Notes: a model not told the origin generated them from the sequence alone. Positions 28,033-37,216 are shown, counted from the first letter of the stretch. The stretch: 64,000 nt of DNA from Candidatus Latescibacterota bacterium (GCA_965116885.1 OZ220741.1:4256001-4320000); one strand, 5' to 3'. Made by a program: numbers and translations.

Positions 28033-29436
28033 ATGAAAATTTATGTGTCACATCAGTATCACGACCGCGAGAAAGTAATGGCGTCTAATAGCGGGGCAGT
28101 TCTTTCGGGGTTTAACCATGTACAGGCGTTATCAAAGTATTGCGATGTGTATATGCCAGCATCTGAAGCGGTGGATTATGGTCCGAATTTGCACGGCATT
28201 CAACCAGCTTATGAGACGATTGATGCTTCTCGCCAGTGGTTTGCGCGGCAAAATTTTGATGGTGTGTTGATGTTTGAACCCAAGGCAGATGACCTGGCAT
28301 TTTTTCGCCATGTGTGTCCTGCACCCATTGTGATTCGGCTGTCGTGTTCTTTTGGAAACAATCGGGATTTTGTCGATAAGGTGCTTCAATGTTATTCGCT
28401 GTTACGGCCTTGTGATGCGCTGTCGCCCAAGTCGGCCTATGTCGCTGACGAAGTGGGCAAGATAGTGTTTGACCGATCGTATTTGCACGCGATTACCAAT
28501 GGGGTAGATGCCGAGGTGTTTGTGCCGATGGATAAGTTGCAAGCGCGCAAAGAGGTCGCGGATAAGACGGGTGATCAACGTTTTTTGGAGATGCCTGTGG
28601 TGGGTTTTTGTGGGCGGTTTGAGCCGGGCAAAGGCGCGTATCCGTTTTTGCGGATGGCCGATCTGAATCCCAATGTGTTGTTTGCGGTGATTGGCAAGCA
28701 GTTCGCACCTGTGACACATCCTCCCAATGTGATCTTTTTGGGCGCGCAACCCTATACGGATATGCCGCTGTATTACAATATGCTCGATGTGTTGTGTGCG
28801 CTGTCGGTGTATTCGTATGAGTCGTGTCCTTCAACCGTGATAGAGGGCATGGCGTGTGGTCTTCCAGTTGTGGCGACAAATTTTGCGGGCGCGCCAGAGT
28901 TGTTGGGCAGTTGTGGGCGATTGATTGAGATTGAGCGATTTGAAGACGAGCCATTGAATGTGACGGGTTATATCGCTCCTGAGGTGATTTCGGATGCTGT
29001 GCGCGATTTGTTGAATAGCAAAACGGAGCGTGTAGATATGGGGGAGCGCGCTCGCAAACGCGCGCTCGATTTTTCCTGGGATTGTATGGCGCAGCAGCAC
29101 ATGGCACTGTTTGAAAGTCTGCGGATCAAACGCGATGTCTCCGTCTGCCCGATTCCAATAACCGTAAGTTTTACACAGGGTTGTGATATGTCCGGTGTGC
29201 CGAAAAGTGTGTCCAAAGGATTTAACTATTTGGGAAGCGCGCAAGGTCCGTTGCCTCGCATTTCGTTTTTTGGGCAAGATATGTCCCTTATTGAAGGCCT
29301 GGGCCTTCACTTGATGCAACATTTACATCCAAACGAAGTCGAAGCTGCTCTGATAGGTTTATGCGAGACGCGTGCTGAAGCTTATAAGACGCTTCGCAAA
29401 ATCCGACACTTCAGCGATATGCTCACAGCTCCCTGA
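28033..29436 (+). CDS. GT4 family glycosyltransferase with C-terminal extension
   Basis: ITNGVD..F, GRFEPGKG, ESCPSTVIEGMACGLPVV, FSWD. Confidence 0.88.
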   Translation: MKIYVSHQYHDREKVMASNSGAVLSGFNHVQALSKYCDVYMPASEAVDYGPNLHGIQPAYETIDASRQWFARQNFDGVLMFEPKADDLAFFRHVCPAPIVIRLSCSFGNNRDFVDKVLQCYSLLRPCDALSPKSAYVADEVGKIVFDRSYLHAITNGVDAEVFVPMDKLQARKEVADKTGDQRFLEMPVVGFCGRFEPGKGAYPFLRMADLNPNVLFAVIGKQFAPVTHPPNVIFLGAQPYTDMPLYYNMLDVLCALSVYSYESCPSTVIEGMACGLPVVATNFAGAPELLGSCGRLIEIERFEDEPLNVTGYIAPEVISDAVRDLLNSKTERVDMGERARKRALDFSWDCMAQQHMALFESLRIKRDVSVCPIPITVSFTQGCDMSGVPKSVSKGFNYLGSAQGPLPRISFFGQDMSLIEGLGLHLMQHLHPNEVEAALIGLCETRAEAYKTLRKIRHFSDMLTAP

Positions 29437-29603
29437 CAGGTGCCACGGAGATGCTATCTGTGCTTCGCTGAGATATTGAAGAAGGGAGGTGAGAGATGAC
29501 AAGACGAGTTGTATCAAATCCTATGCAATCGATTTGATACAATGTAGAAAGGCAAAAAAGAAGTTGATGTACATTACAATTCACTTATTTTTTGGAGGAT
29601 ATC

Positions 29604-29954
29604 ATGTCTCAAACATTGTCAAACCGCATGACAACGGTCCCGCAGCAATCGTTTTTGAATTGTGTATCTTTATCTATACGGGAGGAAGATTTAAACACAA
29701 GTGAGTTAGATGGACTTCACGGTGGTAATCCCAGGATAGTTCAATTTGTTCTAGAAAATATCCCAAGAGTCTATAACCAAGCTCAACAAGCTATCAATAG
29801 AGGGATGCCCCCTGTTATACCTGCTACTCTGCACAAAGCTGAACAACTTATTGATGCTTGTGATAGTATTATAGATGAAATATCAGAGGGAATTGAGGAT
29901 TTAGGGAATAACTGGGAGCGGTATCTTTACCATGCTGCATACAGTGGACGATAG
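29604..29954 (+). CDS. Candidate double-glycine-leader bacteriocin/RiPP precursor (41-aa leader, 75-aa core)
   Basis: GGAGG RBS; leader ends EEDLNTSELDGLHGG; C39 transporter lies 2 kb downstream. Confidence 0.8.
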   Translation: MSQTLSNRMTTVPQQSFLNCVSLSIREEDLNTSELDGLHGGNPRIVQFVLENIPRVYNQAQQAINRGMPPVIPATLHKAEQLIDACDSIIDEISEGIEDLGNNWERYLYHAAYSGR

Positions 29955-30079
29955 CCCAAAGGCTTCTGGTAGGGCTTCGGCAGGAGCAGCCCATCATCCC
30001 TGTCTGCTCTGCCGACAGACCGGCATCTTTCGAGAACGCTGAAGATGATGATAAGCCTGTAAAAAGACTTCCTCATCGG

Positions 30080-30212
30080 TCACCACATTACGCACCTAGT
30101 GATCGTTTGAGCTGTCGGTTCAAACTCTTTGGCCAAATCGTTGGCACTACGACCAGACTAGCGCGGACATTTGTTGGTGAAATGCCGCTGGATATGATCT
30201 TTTTCTTCCCAC
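30080..30212 (-). pseudogene. IS3-family orfA fragment, frameshifted
   Basis: AGGAG + GTG: MGRKRSYPAAFHQQMSALV, frameshift, SGRSANDLAKEFEPTAQTI. Confidence 0.75.
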
Positions 30213-30256
30213 TTTGGACTCCTCTCCCTGAAAGAGATAAGTTGTCCACTAAAACG

Positions 30257-30381
30257 ACGCTGTTGCCGAATTCCGAATTCTGTCTTGATGCAACTAAACA
30301 TAGGGCTTATGAGCCTGAATTCAGACACCAATAGCCATTTTTCCAACTACAGAGTCCTCTTGATCAATTCGGCAACAGCAT
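30257..30381. mobile_element. ~125-bp MITE or internally deleted IS
   Basis: Terminal inverted repeats A[C/T]GCTGTTGCCGAATT (15/16 match); flanking direct repeat CTAAAACG at 30249 and 30382. Confidence 0.8.
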
Positions 30382-30435
30382 CTAAAACGGGGCAAGTCCA
30401 ATCTCAAGCGTCCGAATCATTGGGAAAATTAAAAA

Positions 30436-30678
30436 GTGAAAAAAAACCATTCTTTTAGTTACTGGCAATTGCTGTTCAATTTTATAGTAGGGGTTTTTTT
30501 CGGCCCAATCTGCCTCACTGTGTTATTTATGCCGATACACCTTGATGGTCTCATTTTGATGTTGAGTAGTATTGTAGGTGCCTTTGCATTTAGTGGATTT
30601 TATTGGATGATTTATAAGCCAAGGAAATGCGAGAACCACCCTTCTAAAAAAAATAAATACCAGCGTCAGACAGAGTAG
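30436..30678 (+). CDS. Small two-TM membrane protein, possible immunity protein
   Basis: Two hydrophobic segments and a basic tail; AT-rich; weak RBS. Confidence 0.5.
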   Translation: MKKNHSFSYWQLLFNFIVGVFFGPICLTVLFMPIHLDGLILMLSSIVGAFAFSGFYWMIYKPRKCENHPSKKNKYQRQTE

Positions 30679-30938
30679 TGGATATTTACCAGATCTTTGT
30701 CCTTTTTCCTTTCATTGTCACCACACCCATTTCAGGTCTTATTCTGTGGTTAGGTCCATCCATCAGGTCGCTATTACTCTTCAGTTTCACAACAGCTTTT
30801 TGTGCTGGTGATGTCTTGATATTTTGAAATATCGGGCAAATGGAAAATGACCAATGGATTCACGATCATCCGACGGAAATAGGTTGCGACGTATTAGCGG
30901 AGTCTATCGTTGTGTCCTCTGAAGAATACCGCGGATAG
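30657..30938 (+). pseudogene. Fragment resembling the C-terminal half of a DUF3267-type membrane zincin, with in-frame TGA
   Basis: YQIFVLFPFIV...CAGDVLIF*NIGQ...IHDHPTEIGCDV; stop at 30825; N-terminal HExxH half absent. Confidence 0.45.
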
Positions 30939-30974
30939 ATCAAAACCAACTAAAACTCACATTGGAAGCGTGAG

Positions 30975-31838
30975 ATGACATATCCAAATCTGAAACAGTC
31001 AGTTTGGCTGCTGGTATTATTGTGCCTCATTACAATTGGTTTAGCCATATTGATGGGTGTTATAGGTGCCATTATTGACGAGCCACTGTCTGATAATACT
31101 TACCTGACGAGCCTTGTGTCATTGGTAAGTATTATTCTGCTTCTGTGCTACGTTTCGCATCGGACAGGTCGAGCATGGACAGATATGTTGCCTCTTGCGA
31201 TTAAAAATATAGACTATGATTGGCGCATGTGGCTTGCCGTTGGGTTATCCATCTTTGGACTGGGAGTTGTTCTTTCTGAATTGGACAATGCGGTGGTATC
31301 TATATTGCCAATGCCCGAAATGTTTCAGGACATCTTTCAGATAATGATCGGGAAAAAAACATCTTATCTGTCAGCCTTATTTGGCGCAGTCGTGATAGCA
31401 CCTCTTGGTGAAGAGATCGTTCATAGAGGCATTATTTTGAAAGGTTTATTGGCACATTATAGTCAAAATTGGGCGATTGTTTGGTCGGCAATTCTGTTTG
31501 GTCTGATGCATCTGAATCCGTGGCAATTTCCAATAGCTTTTATATTGGGACTTGTCTTTGCCTATTGGGTTATTCAAACGGGGTCTTTGTGGCCTAGTAT
31601 TTTGGGACACGCACTGCACAATTTGATAACTGTGACATTTTGGCATTTCGATGTACCGGGTTTTCCTGTTTCGAAAGATTTGAATGTTGTAATTCACAAT
31701 CCATGGTGGTTGAATGTGTGCGGACCAATATTGGCCACGATTGGGTTGTGGTGGTTTTATAAGGTGGCGAAACGCGAAAAAACAGATCACCGTGAGACGG
31801 AGGTTGAACTTGAAGAAACTTTAGGATGCGATAATTGA
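30975..31838 (+). CDS. CPBP/Abi (CAAX) family intramembrane protease
   Basis: EEIVHRG, FGLMH, HALHN motifs; multiple TM segments. Confidence 0.93.
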   Translation: MTYPNLKQSVWLLVLLCLITIGLAILMGVIGAIIDEPLSDNTYLTSLVSLVSIILLLCYVSHRTGRAWTDMLPLAIKNIDYDWRMWLAVGLSIFGLGVVLSELDNAVVSILPMPEMFQDIFQIMIGKKTSYLSALFGAVVIAPLGEEIVHRGIILKGLLAHYSQNWAIVWSAILFGLMHLNPWQFPIAFILGLVFAYWVIQTGSLWPSILGHALHNLITVTFWHFDVPGFPVSKDLNVVIHNPWWLNVCGPILATIGLWWFYKVAKREKTDHRETEVELEETLGCDN

Positions 31839-31884
31839 GAAGGATATGTGCCGATCCACACAGTACAGTGGAGAAAGTTAAAAA

Positions 31885-34800
31885 ATGAACCTTTCGCACT
31901 TTTTCATCAATAACTCAGTTCGGTCACAATCTGTTCCTTTTTCCTTTGGGAGCATTGTTTTTCAACAGGGTCAAGATGGTGAGGCGTTTTACATCGTGCA
32001 GTCTGGGCGGTTGCGGGTGATGAAGCAGGATGGGAATGGCAATTCGACAACTGTGGGCTATTTGTATGCGGGCGATCATTTTGGCGAAGGGGCACTGTTG
32101 AGTAGGCAGGGGCACCGAGCGACGGTGCGAGCGGTTGAGGATGCGGATGTGTTGCAGGTGCCGAAGGATGAGTTTTTTAAGGCTGTGAGAAAACATTCTG
32201 ACGTAAGGGCATATCTTGAGGAGCAGGTCTCCTGTATTGCGTATCGGGATTTTACGCGATTTTTGAAAGGGGATGTTCCGGGCGAAGTGATGCGGGTGTT
32301 GTTTGCGCGGTTGAAGCGCGAGGCGGTTGAGGAGGGTGTGGCCGTTGTTGAGCGAGGTCAGTTGGGTCAGCGTTTTTATTTGATTGGCAGCGGTCAGTTG
32401 GAGGCTGTGTTAGAAAATGGGGATACGGTGATTCTACGCCCGGGTGATTATTTTGGAGATGGTAGAGATGATGAAACGGTGATTCGCAGTCGGCGTGATA
32501 GCGTGCTCTTTTATATAGATAAAAGCGATTTTAATAAGTTAAAAGCTATGATGCCGGGATTTGAGGCGGCGTTGGAGAAAGGTCGCATATCGCGTGGAGA
32601 ACAGCGATCGAATGAGTCATTGTTTCAACGAGCGCGGGATGATCGGCAAGCCCTGTCCCCATCGGGGTATCGAGAGACCACACCTGTTGAGCAATCTGTC
32701 GCCCAAGAAGACACAGAGGCCAATCCAGCATCCAATGTGGTTAATATCAGAATAGACGGTGAAAAACCACAAGTGCCCACATGGTTTCGCTTTCCGTTTT
32801 TGAAGCAGCACGATCAATCGGATTGCGGCGCAGCGTGTTTGGGCATGATTTGTAAGTATTACAAGATGCCTATTGGGTTGAACAGACTGCGCGATATGTC
32901 CAATGTGTCGCGGTATGGCACATCGATGGCGGCATTGGCTGAGGCTGCGGAAACCATAGGTTTTGTCACGCGCGGCGTGCGCACGGGATATGAAGCTCTG
33001 ATGCGTACAGAATTGCCGGCCATTCTCCATTGGGAAGGCAATCATTTTGTAGTCTTGTATCAGATAAATAAAAAGGAGGTGAAGATAGCAGATCCCGGCG
33101 TGGGTATTCGCAAGTTGTCGCGGGCAGAGTTTGAGAAGGGCTGGACGAATATGGCGCTTTTGTTGGAATACACAGATCAGGTGGCAGAGAATGAACCGTC
33201 TCAGTCTTCTTTTAAGCGGTTTTTTCCATTGATCAGGCCCTATAGGGGCATTTTGATTGAGGTATTGCTGGCGTCTCTGGTGCTCAGTTTGTTCGGTCTT
33301 GCATCGCCCATTTTTATGCAGACAATTGTCGATCAGGTCTTAGTGCATCACGATGAGGACTTGTTGAATTTGATGCTGGTGGGTATGGTCGTGGTTGCGT
33401 TGTTCCAGATGGGGACATCAACGTTGCGCGTCTATTTGATCGGGTATGTGAGTGCGCGGTTGAGCATTGCGATGTTGTCGCGTTTTTATCAGCATTTATT
33501 GGCACTGTCCATGCGGTTTTTTGCTCTGAGGCGCACGGGCGATTTGACCACGCGGTTTCGGGAGAATGCAACGATTCAGCGTTTGTTGACGGGTGCGACG
33601 GTTTCTGCGGTTCTGGATTTTATCATGCTGTTTGTCTATCTGGGCTTGATGTTTTATTACAATGCCGAACTGACGCTGGTCATGCTGATTTTCGTGCCGC
33701 TATCTGTAGGTCTCACGCTGATTTATACGCCTATTTTGAAGTCTTTCAGCCAGCGCGCTTTTCTGGCACGCGCAGAACAGTCATCGGTCTTGATTGATTC
33801 GCTGCATGGCATTGATGTGGTCAAAGCCTCGGCAGTAGAACGCGCGACACGGTGGCATTGGGAAGGCAAGTTCACAAAGGAGATTCAAATTGGCTTTCAA
33901 CGGTTAAAAATGCAGATGTTGTTTGGGGGGATGGGAAGCGTGATCAATTTGCTCAGCAGTACGGTGATTTTGTGGTATGGTGCCTCATTGGTGATTGCGG
34001 GGGACCTGTCGGTTGGGCAGTTGATGGCGTTTAATGCGCTGATTGGCAATGTGATGGGACCGATTATGGGGTTGATTGGAATATGGCCGCAGGTGCAAGA
34101 AGCGCGTATTGCTCTGGATCGGTTAAATGATGTGTATGATACGCAGATGGAGGATGCGCGGCAACAGGGTCAGGGTTTGATCTTAAAGCATTTGGAAGGG
34201 CGCGTGGTTTTTGAGGGGGTATTTTTCAGATATGGTGTCGGTTCTGATGAACCGTATGTGTTGAATAACATAGACCTGACGCTTGAACCTGGTCAAAAAG
34301 TTGCAGTTGTGGGACGCAGTGGCGCGGGTAAAACCACGTTGGTCAAGCTGGTACCCCGTTTGTTTGATCCGTCAGAAGGGCGCGTGACGCTTGATGGCAT
34401 GGATGTGCGAGATCTGGATCCCCATTGGTTGCGGCGGCAGGTGGGTATGGTGATGCAGGAGCCGTTTTTGTTCTCTGGCACGATTGCAGAAAATATCGCT
34501 ATTGGCCAGTCAGATGCGGACATGGACCGCATTTTGGAAGTGGCAAATCTATCTTGTGTACACGATTTCGTGAGCGATATGCCTTTGGGCTATGAGACAA
34601 AGGTGGGCGAGCAGGGTGTGGGGCTGTCTGGTGGACAACGACAGCGGATTGCAATAGCACGGGCGCTGTATTGTGATCCGAAAATTTTGATTTTTGATGA
34701 GGCGACTAATGCGTTGGATACAGATTCAGAACAGGCGATACAGGCGAATTTAGATCTGTTTTTGGATGCTCGCACGGCGTTGATTATCGCGCATCGGTTG

Positions 34801-34935
34801 AGTACGGTGCGGGATGCGGATGCGATTGTGGTCTTAGATAAGGGTCATATTGTGGAGGTGGGCACGCACGATGAGTTGATGGTGCAAGAGGGGTTGTATT
34901 ATCACATGTGCAGTCAACAGCTGCAGGTGGTGTGA
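31885..34935 (+). CDS. Peptidase-containing ABC transporter (two cNMP-like domains, C39, TMD, NBD)
   Basis: GDHFGE/PGDYFG; QHDQSDCGAACL, HWEGNHFVV, IADP; GRSGAGKT, LSGGQRQR, DEAT. Confidence 0.95.
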   Translation: MNLSHFFINNSVRSQSVPFSFGSIVFQQGQDGEAFYIVQSGRLRVMKQDGNGNSTTVGYLYAGDHFGEGALLSRQGHRATVRAVEDADVLQVPKDEFFKAVRKHSDVRAYLEEQVSCIAYRDFTRFLKGDVPGEVMRVLFARLKREAVEEGVAVVERGQLGQRFYLIGSGQLEAVLENGDTVILRPGDYFGDGRDDETVIRSRRDSVLFYIDKSDFNKLKAMMPGFEAALEKGRISRGEQRSNESLFQRARDDRQALSPSGYRETTPVEQSVAQEDTEANPASNVVNIRIDGEKPQVPTWFRFPFLKQHDQSDCGAACLGMICKYYKMPIGLNRLRDMSNVSRYGTSMAALAEAAETIGFVTRGVRTGYEALMRTELPAILHWEGNHFVVLYQINKKEVKIADPGVGIRKLSRAEFEKGWTNMALLLEYTDQVAENEPSQSSFKRFFPLIRPYRGILIEVLLASLVLSLFGLASPIFMQTIVDQVLVHHDEDLLNLMLVGMVVVALFQMGTSTLRVYLIGYVSARLSIAMLSRFYQHLLALSMRFFALRRTGDLTTRFRENATIQRLLTGATVSAVLDFIMLFVYLGLMFYYNAELTLVMLIFVPLSVGLTLIYTPILKSFSQRAFLARAEQSSVLIDSLHGIDVVKASAVERATRWHWEGKFTKEIQIGFQRLKMQMLFGGMGSVINLLSSTVILWYGASLVIAGDLSVGQLMAFNALIGNVMGPIMGLIGIWPQVQEARIALDRLNDVYDTQMEDARQQGQGLILKHLEGRVVFEGVFFRYGVGSDEPYVLNNIDLTLEPGQKVAVVGRSGAGKTTLVKLVPRLFDPSEGRVTLDGMDVRDLDPHWLRRQVGMVMQEPFLFSGTIAENIAIGQSDADMDRILEVANLSCVHDFVSDMPLGYETKVGEQGVGLSGGQRQRIAIARALYCDPKILIFDEATNALDTDSEQAIQANLDLFLDARTALIIAHRLSTVRDADAIVVLDKGHIVEVGTHDELMVQEGLYYHMCSQQLQVV

Positions 34936-34976
34936 TCCGCAGATGAACGCAGATAGACGCAGATGAAAACGCAGAT
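34936..34976 (+). repeat. CGCAGAT tandem repeat (4 units)
   Basis: TCCGCAGATGAACGCAGATAGACGCAGATGAAAACGCAGAT directly after the stop codon. Confidence 0.85.
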
Positions 34977-35050
34977 CTGAGGGCTGGTAGGCTGGGTGGT
35001 CATCTCATGTCTCACTTCTAACGTCTTACCGCTTTTAAGGAGTCTGCATC

Positions 35051-36433
35051 ATGGCAGAATCGCTTTTGGAGATATCGACCGAGACAATGTCTCCCGGTGT
35101 AATCCAAGGACAAGATGACGCGGCAGAAGAGGTACAGGCGTTTATGGGGTCTTTGCGGCCCTTTTGGGGGCGCGCATTGCTCTATATTGTCCTGCTATTT
35201 GTGATTGTTGCCATTACCTGGGCGTGGTGGAGTAAGATAGATGTGGTGGCATCAGCACCTTTTCGGTTGGTGCCTCTGGGACAAGTGAAGACGATGCAGG
35301 CACAGCGAGGGGGTGAGATTGAGTTGATTGGTGTGAAAGAAGGGGATCATGTCGAGAAAGGGCAGGTATTGTTCAAGCTGAAATCGTGGGAGACCTGGGG
35401 AGAGTTGCGGGAATGGGAGCAGGCAAAGATGGCTTTTCAAAAGGCAGAGTATGATTTCAAGACGGTGTTGCCACAAAGGGCAAGGTTAAATCGAGAGACG
35501 ATAGGGGCATTGGAACAACGTCTTTCTGTTTTGCAGCAGTTTATGGAGGCACATCAGGATGCGCTGGAAGATTATCACAGTGATGTGGGGGATGGTGTCG
35601 GATCGAAAACCACAACATCTGACGCGGGGTTGCAGGCACAGATTGGATTTCGACAGGCTGAGATTGATCTTATGAAAGGGGAGTTTTTGCAGCAAAAGAC
35701 GCTGTTTGAGCGCGAGTTGATCAGCCGGGTGGATATGAATCGCGCGCGTGTGCAGTATTTAAGTGCTTTATCTGCGCTTCCGTCGCGTATGTCAGAGATA
35801 TACAAGAATGAAATGGCAGTGACTGATCTCAAGCGTCAAATCACAGAGGCGCAAATTGCACACGAGCGCGAGGCATCGCAGATGCGACACACTTATGAGA
35901 CCGCACAATTGCGATTGGAACAGGCGCGCAAACGCATTGATCGCACCCTCGAAGCCGAGTCGGATTTGATTCTGGCACCTGAGTCGGGGATTGTCACACA
36001 GGTGATGGTAAATGCGATGGGACAGGTGATCAGCAAAGGGCAGGCTTTAATCGCGCTGGCACCTGCTTCTGCACCGGTGGTTGCAGAAGTGATGGTGTTG
36101 AATAAAGATGTGGGCTTGCTCAAGCCCGGACAGTTGGTCAAGCTGAAATACGATGCTTATGCCTTTCAGAATTTTGGTATCAAACGCGGGTGGCTTACAT
36201 CCATCTCGCCCGATGCGGTGATTGATGAAAGTGTCGGGACAATATTTAAGTGCGTTGTCGAGTTGGAAGAAAATACGATGCGCGTGAAAGGATATGACAA
36301 GCCTTTGATGTTCGGCATGAAGGGCACGGCGGAGATTATGACCGATCGGCAATCGGTTTTGCTGATGTTGCTTTCTCCTTTGCGACAGCTTTACGAGTCG
36401 GCGAGATACGATGTGCAGGAGGGGGTATTGTGA
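35051..36433 (+). CDS. HlyD family secretion adaptor
   Basis: N-terminal TM, VKEGD.V.KGQ.L, coiled coil, GQ.VKLK.DAY.FQ.FG, ISPDA, GM.G.AEI. Confidence 0.93.
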   Translation: MAESLLEISTETMSPGVIQGQDDAAEEVQAFMGSLRPFWGRALLYIVLLFVIVAITWAWWSKIDVVASAPFRLVPLGQVKTMQAQRGGEIELIGVKEGDHVEKGQVLFKLKSWETWGELREWEQAKMAFQKAEYDFKTVLPQRARLNRETIGALEQRLSVLQQFMEAHQDALEDYHSDVGDGVGSKTTTSDAGLQAQIGFRQAEIDLMKGEFLQQKTLFERELISRVDMNRARVQYLSALSALPSRMSEIYKNEMAVTDLKRQITEAQIAHEREASQMRHTYETAQLRLEQARKRIDRTLEAESDLILAPESGIVTQVMVNAMGQVISKGQALIALAPASAPVVAEVMVLNKDVGLLKPGQLVKLKYDAYAFQNFGIKRGWLTSISPDAVIDESVGTIFKCVVELEENTMRVKGYDKPLMFGMKGTAEIMTDRQSVLLMLLSPLRQLYESARYDVQEGVL

Positions 36434-37203
36434 TGTCAGAAGTACTAATTCAGGTCAATGGGACAGAGGTGTTATTGAGCCATGTCGTGCGGCAGATGGG
36501 TGTTGCTGATAATCTGCGTTTTTTTGATGGGTTTGCACGCAGGGAATTGATACGACAACTCGCCCGGCGCGAGGGTGTTTGTGTAGCGCAGGAGGATATT
36601 CAGCGCAGGGTAGATGAATGGCGGTATCAACATCGTCTCGAACAGGTGGAAGATACAGAGGTTTATCTTGCAAAGCGGGGTATTACGCTTCAGGATGTGG
36701 CAGAAGATGCCGAGGTGAGGCGGTTGGAGTTTTTGCTGTCTGAGAAGATTGCCGAGGGACAGGTTGAATCTTATTTTGCACAGCACACGCTGGAATTTGA
36801 CGAGGCGGAGATTTGCTGGATTTTTCACACGGCTAAGGATGTGATCGACGAGGTTGATTTGCAGATACGAGAAGATGGCGCAGATTTTTACGCGATGGCG
36901 CGTCGGTTTTCTCAAGATGCACACACGCGACCAGGCAGTGGCTTTCTGGGGCGTGTTCGGCGCAAGCAGTTACCAAAGGGGATTGCTGCGCGCGTTTTTG
37001 CCGCTTCGATAGGTGAAGTTTTTGGTCCAGAAAAAATATCGAAAGGCTTTGCGTTGTACCTGGTACAACAACTCTATCCAGCAACACTAAATGAGCAGAT
37101 AAAAAAAGAGATCCGCAAACATCTGTTTAATCAGTGGTTGCAACGAGAGATGCAGCGGGCAGATATACGGTATCCGATTTGGGAGGCGGAAACGCCTAAA
37201 TAG
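36430..37203 (+). CDS. PpiC/parvulin-type peptidyl-prolyl isomerase (SurA-like)
   Basis: GADFYAMARRFSQD...GFLG...VF....GEV.GP. Confidence 0.85.
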   Translation: MMSEVLIQVNGTEVLLSHVVRQMGVADNLRFFDGFARRELIRQLARREGVCVAQEDIQRRVDEWRYQHRLEQVEDTEVYLAKRGITLQDVAEDAEVRRLEFLLSEKIAEGQVESYFAQHTLEFDEAEICWIFHTAKDVIDEVDLQIREDGADFYAMARRFSQDAHTRPGSGFLGRVRRKQLPKGIAARVFAASIGEVFGPEKISKGFALYLVQQLYPATLNEQIKKEIRKHLFNQWLQREMQRADIRYPIWEAETPK

Positions 37204-37216
37204 AAGGAGAATATGG

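Larger units (their letters stand above)
30080..30400 (-). mobile_element. IS3-family remnant (left end plus orfA fragment), interrupted by a MITE
   Basis: Removing the MITE and one target-site copy restores TGGACTTGCCCCGTTTTAGTGGACAAC, an IS3-type terminal repeat upstream of orfA. Confidence 0.7.

Noticed and set aside
30825..30827. In-frame TGA as selenocysteine or recoding
   Set aside because: No evident SECIS-like hairpin, the frame also lacks its N-terminal half, and TGA is a normal stop elsewhere in the window; a decayed TGG is simpler.
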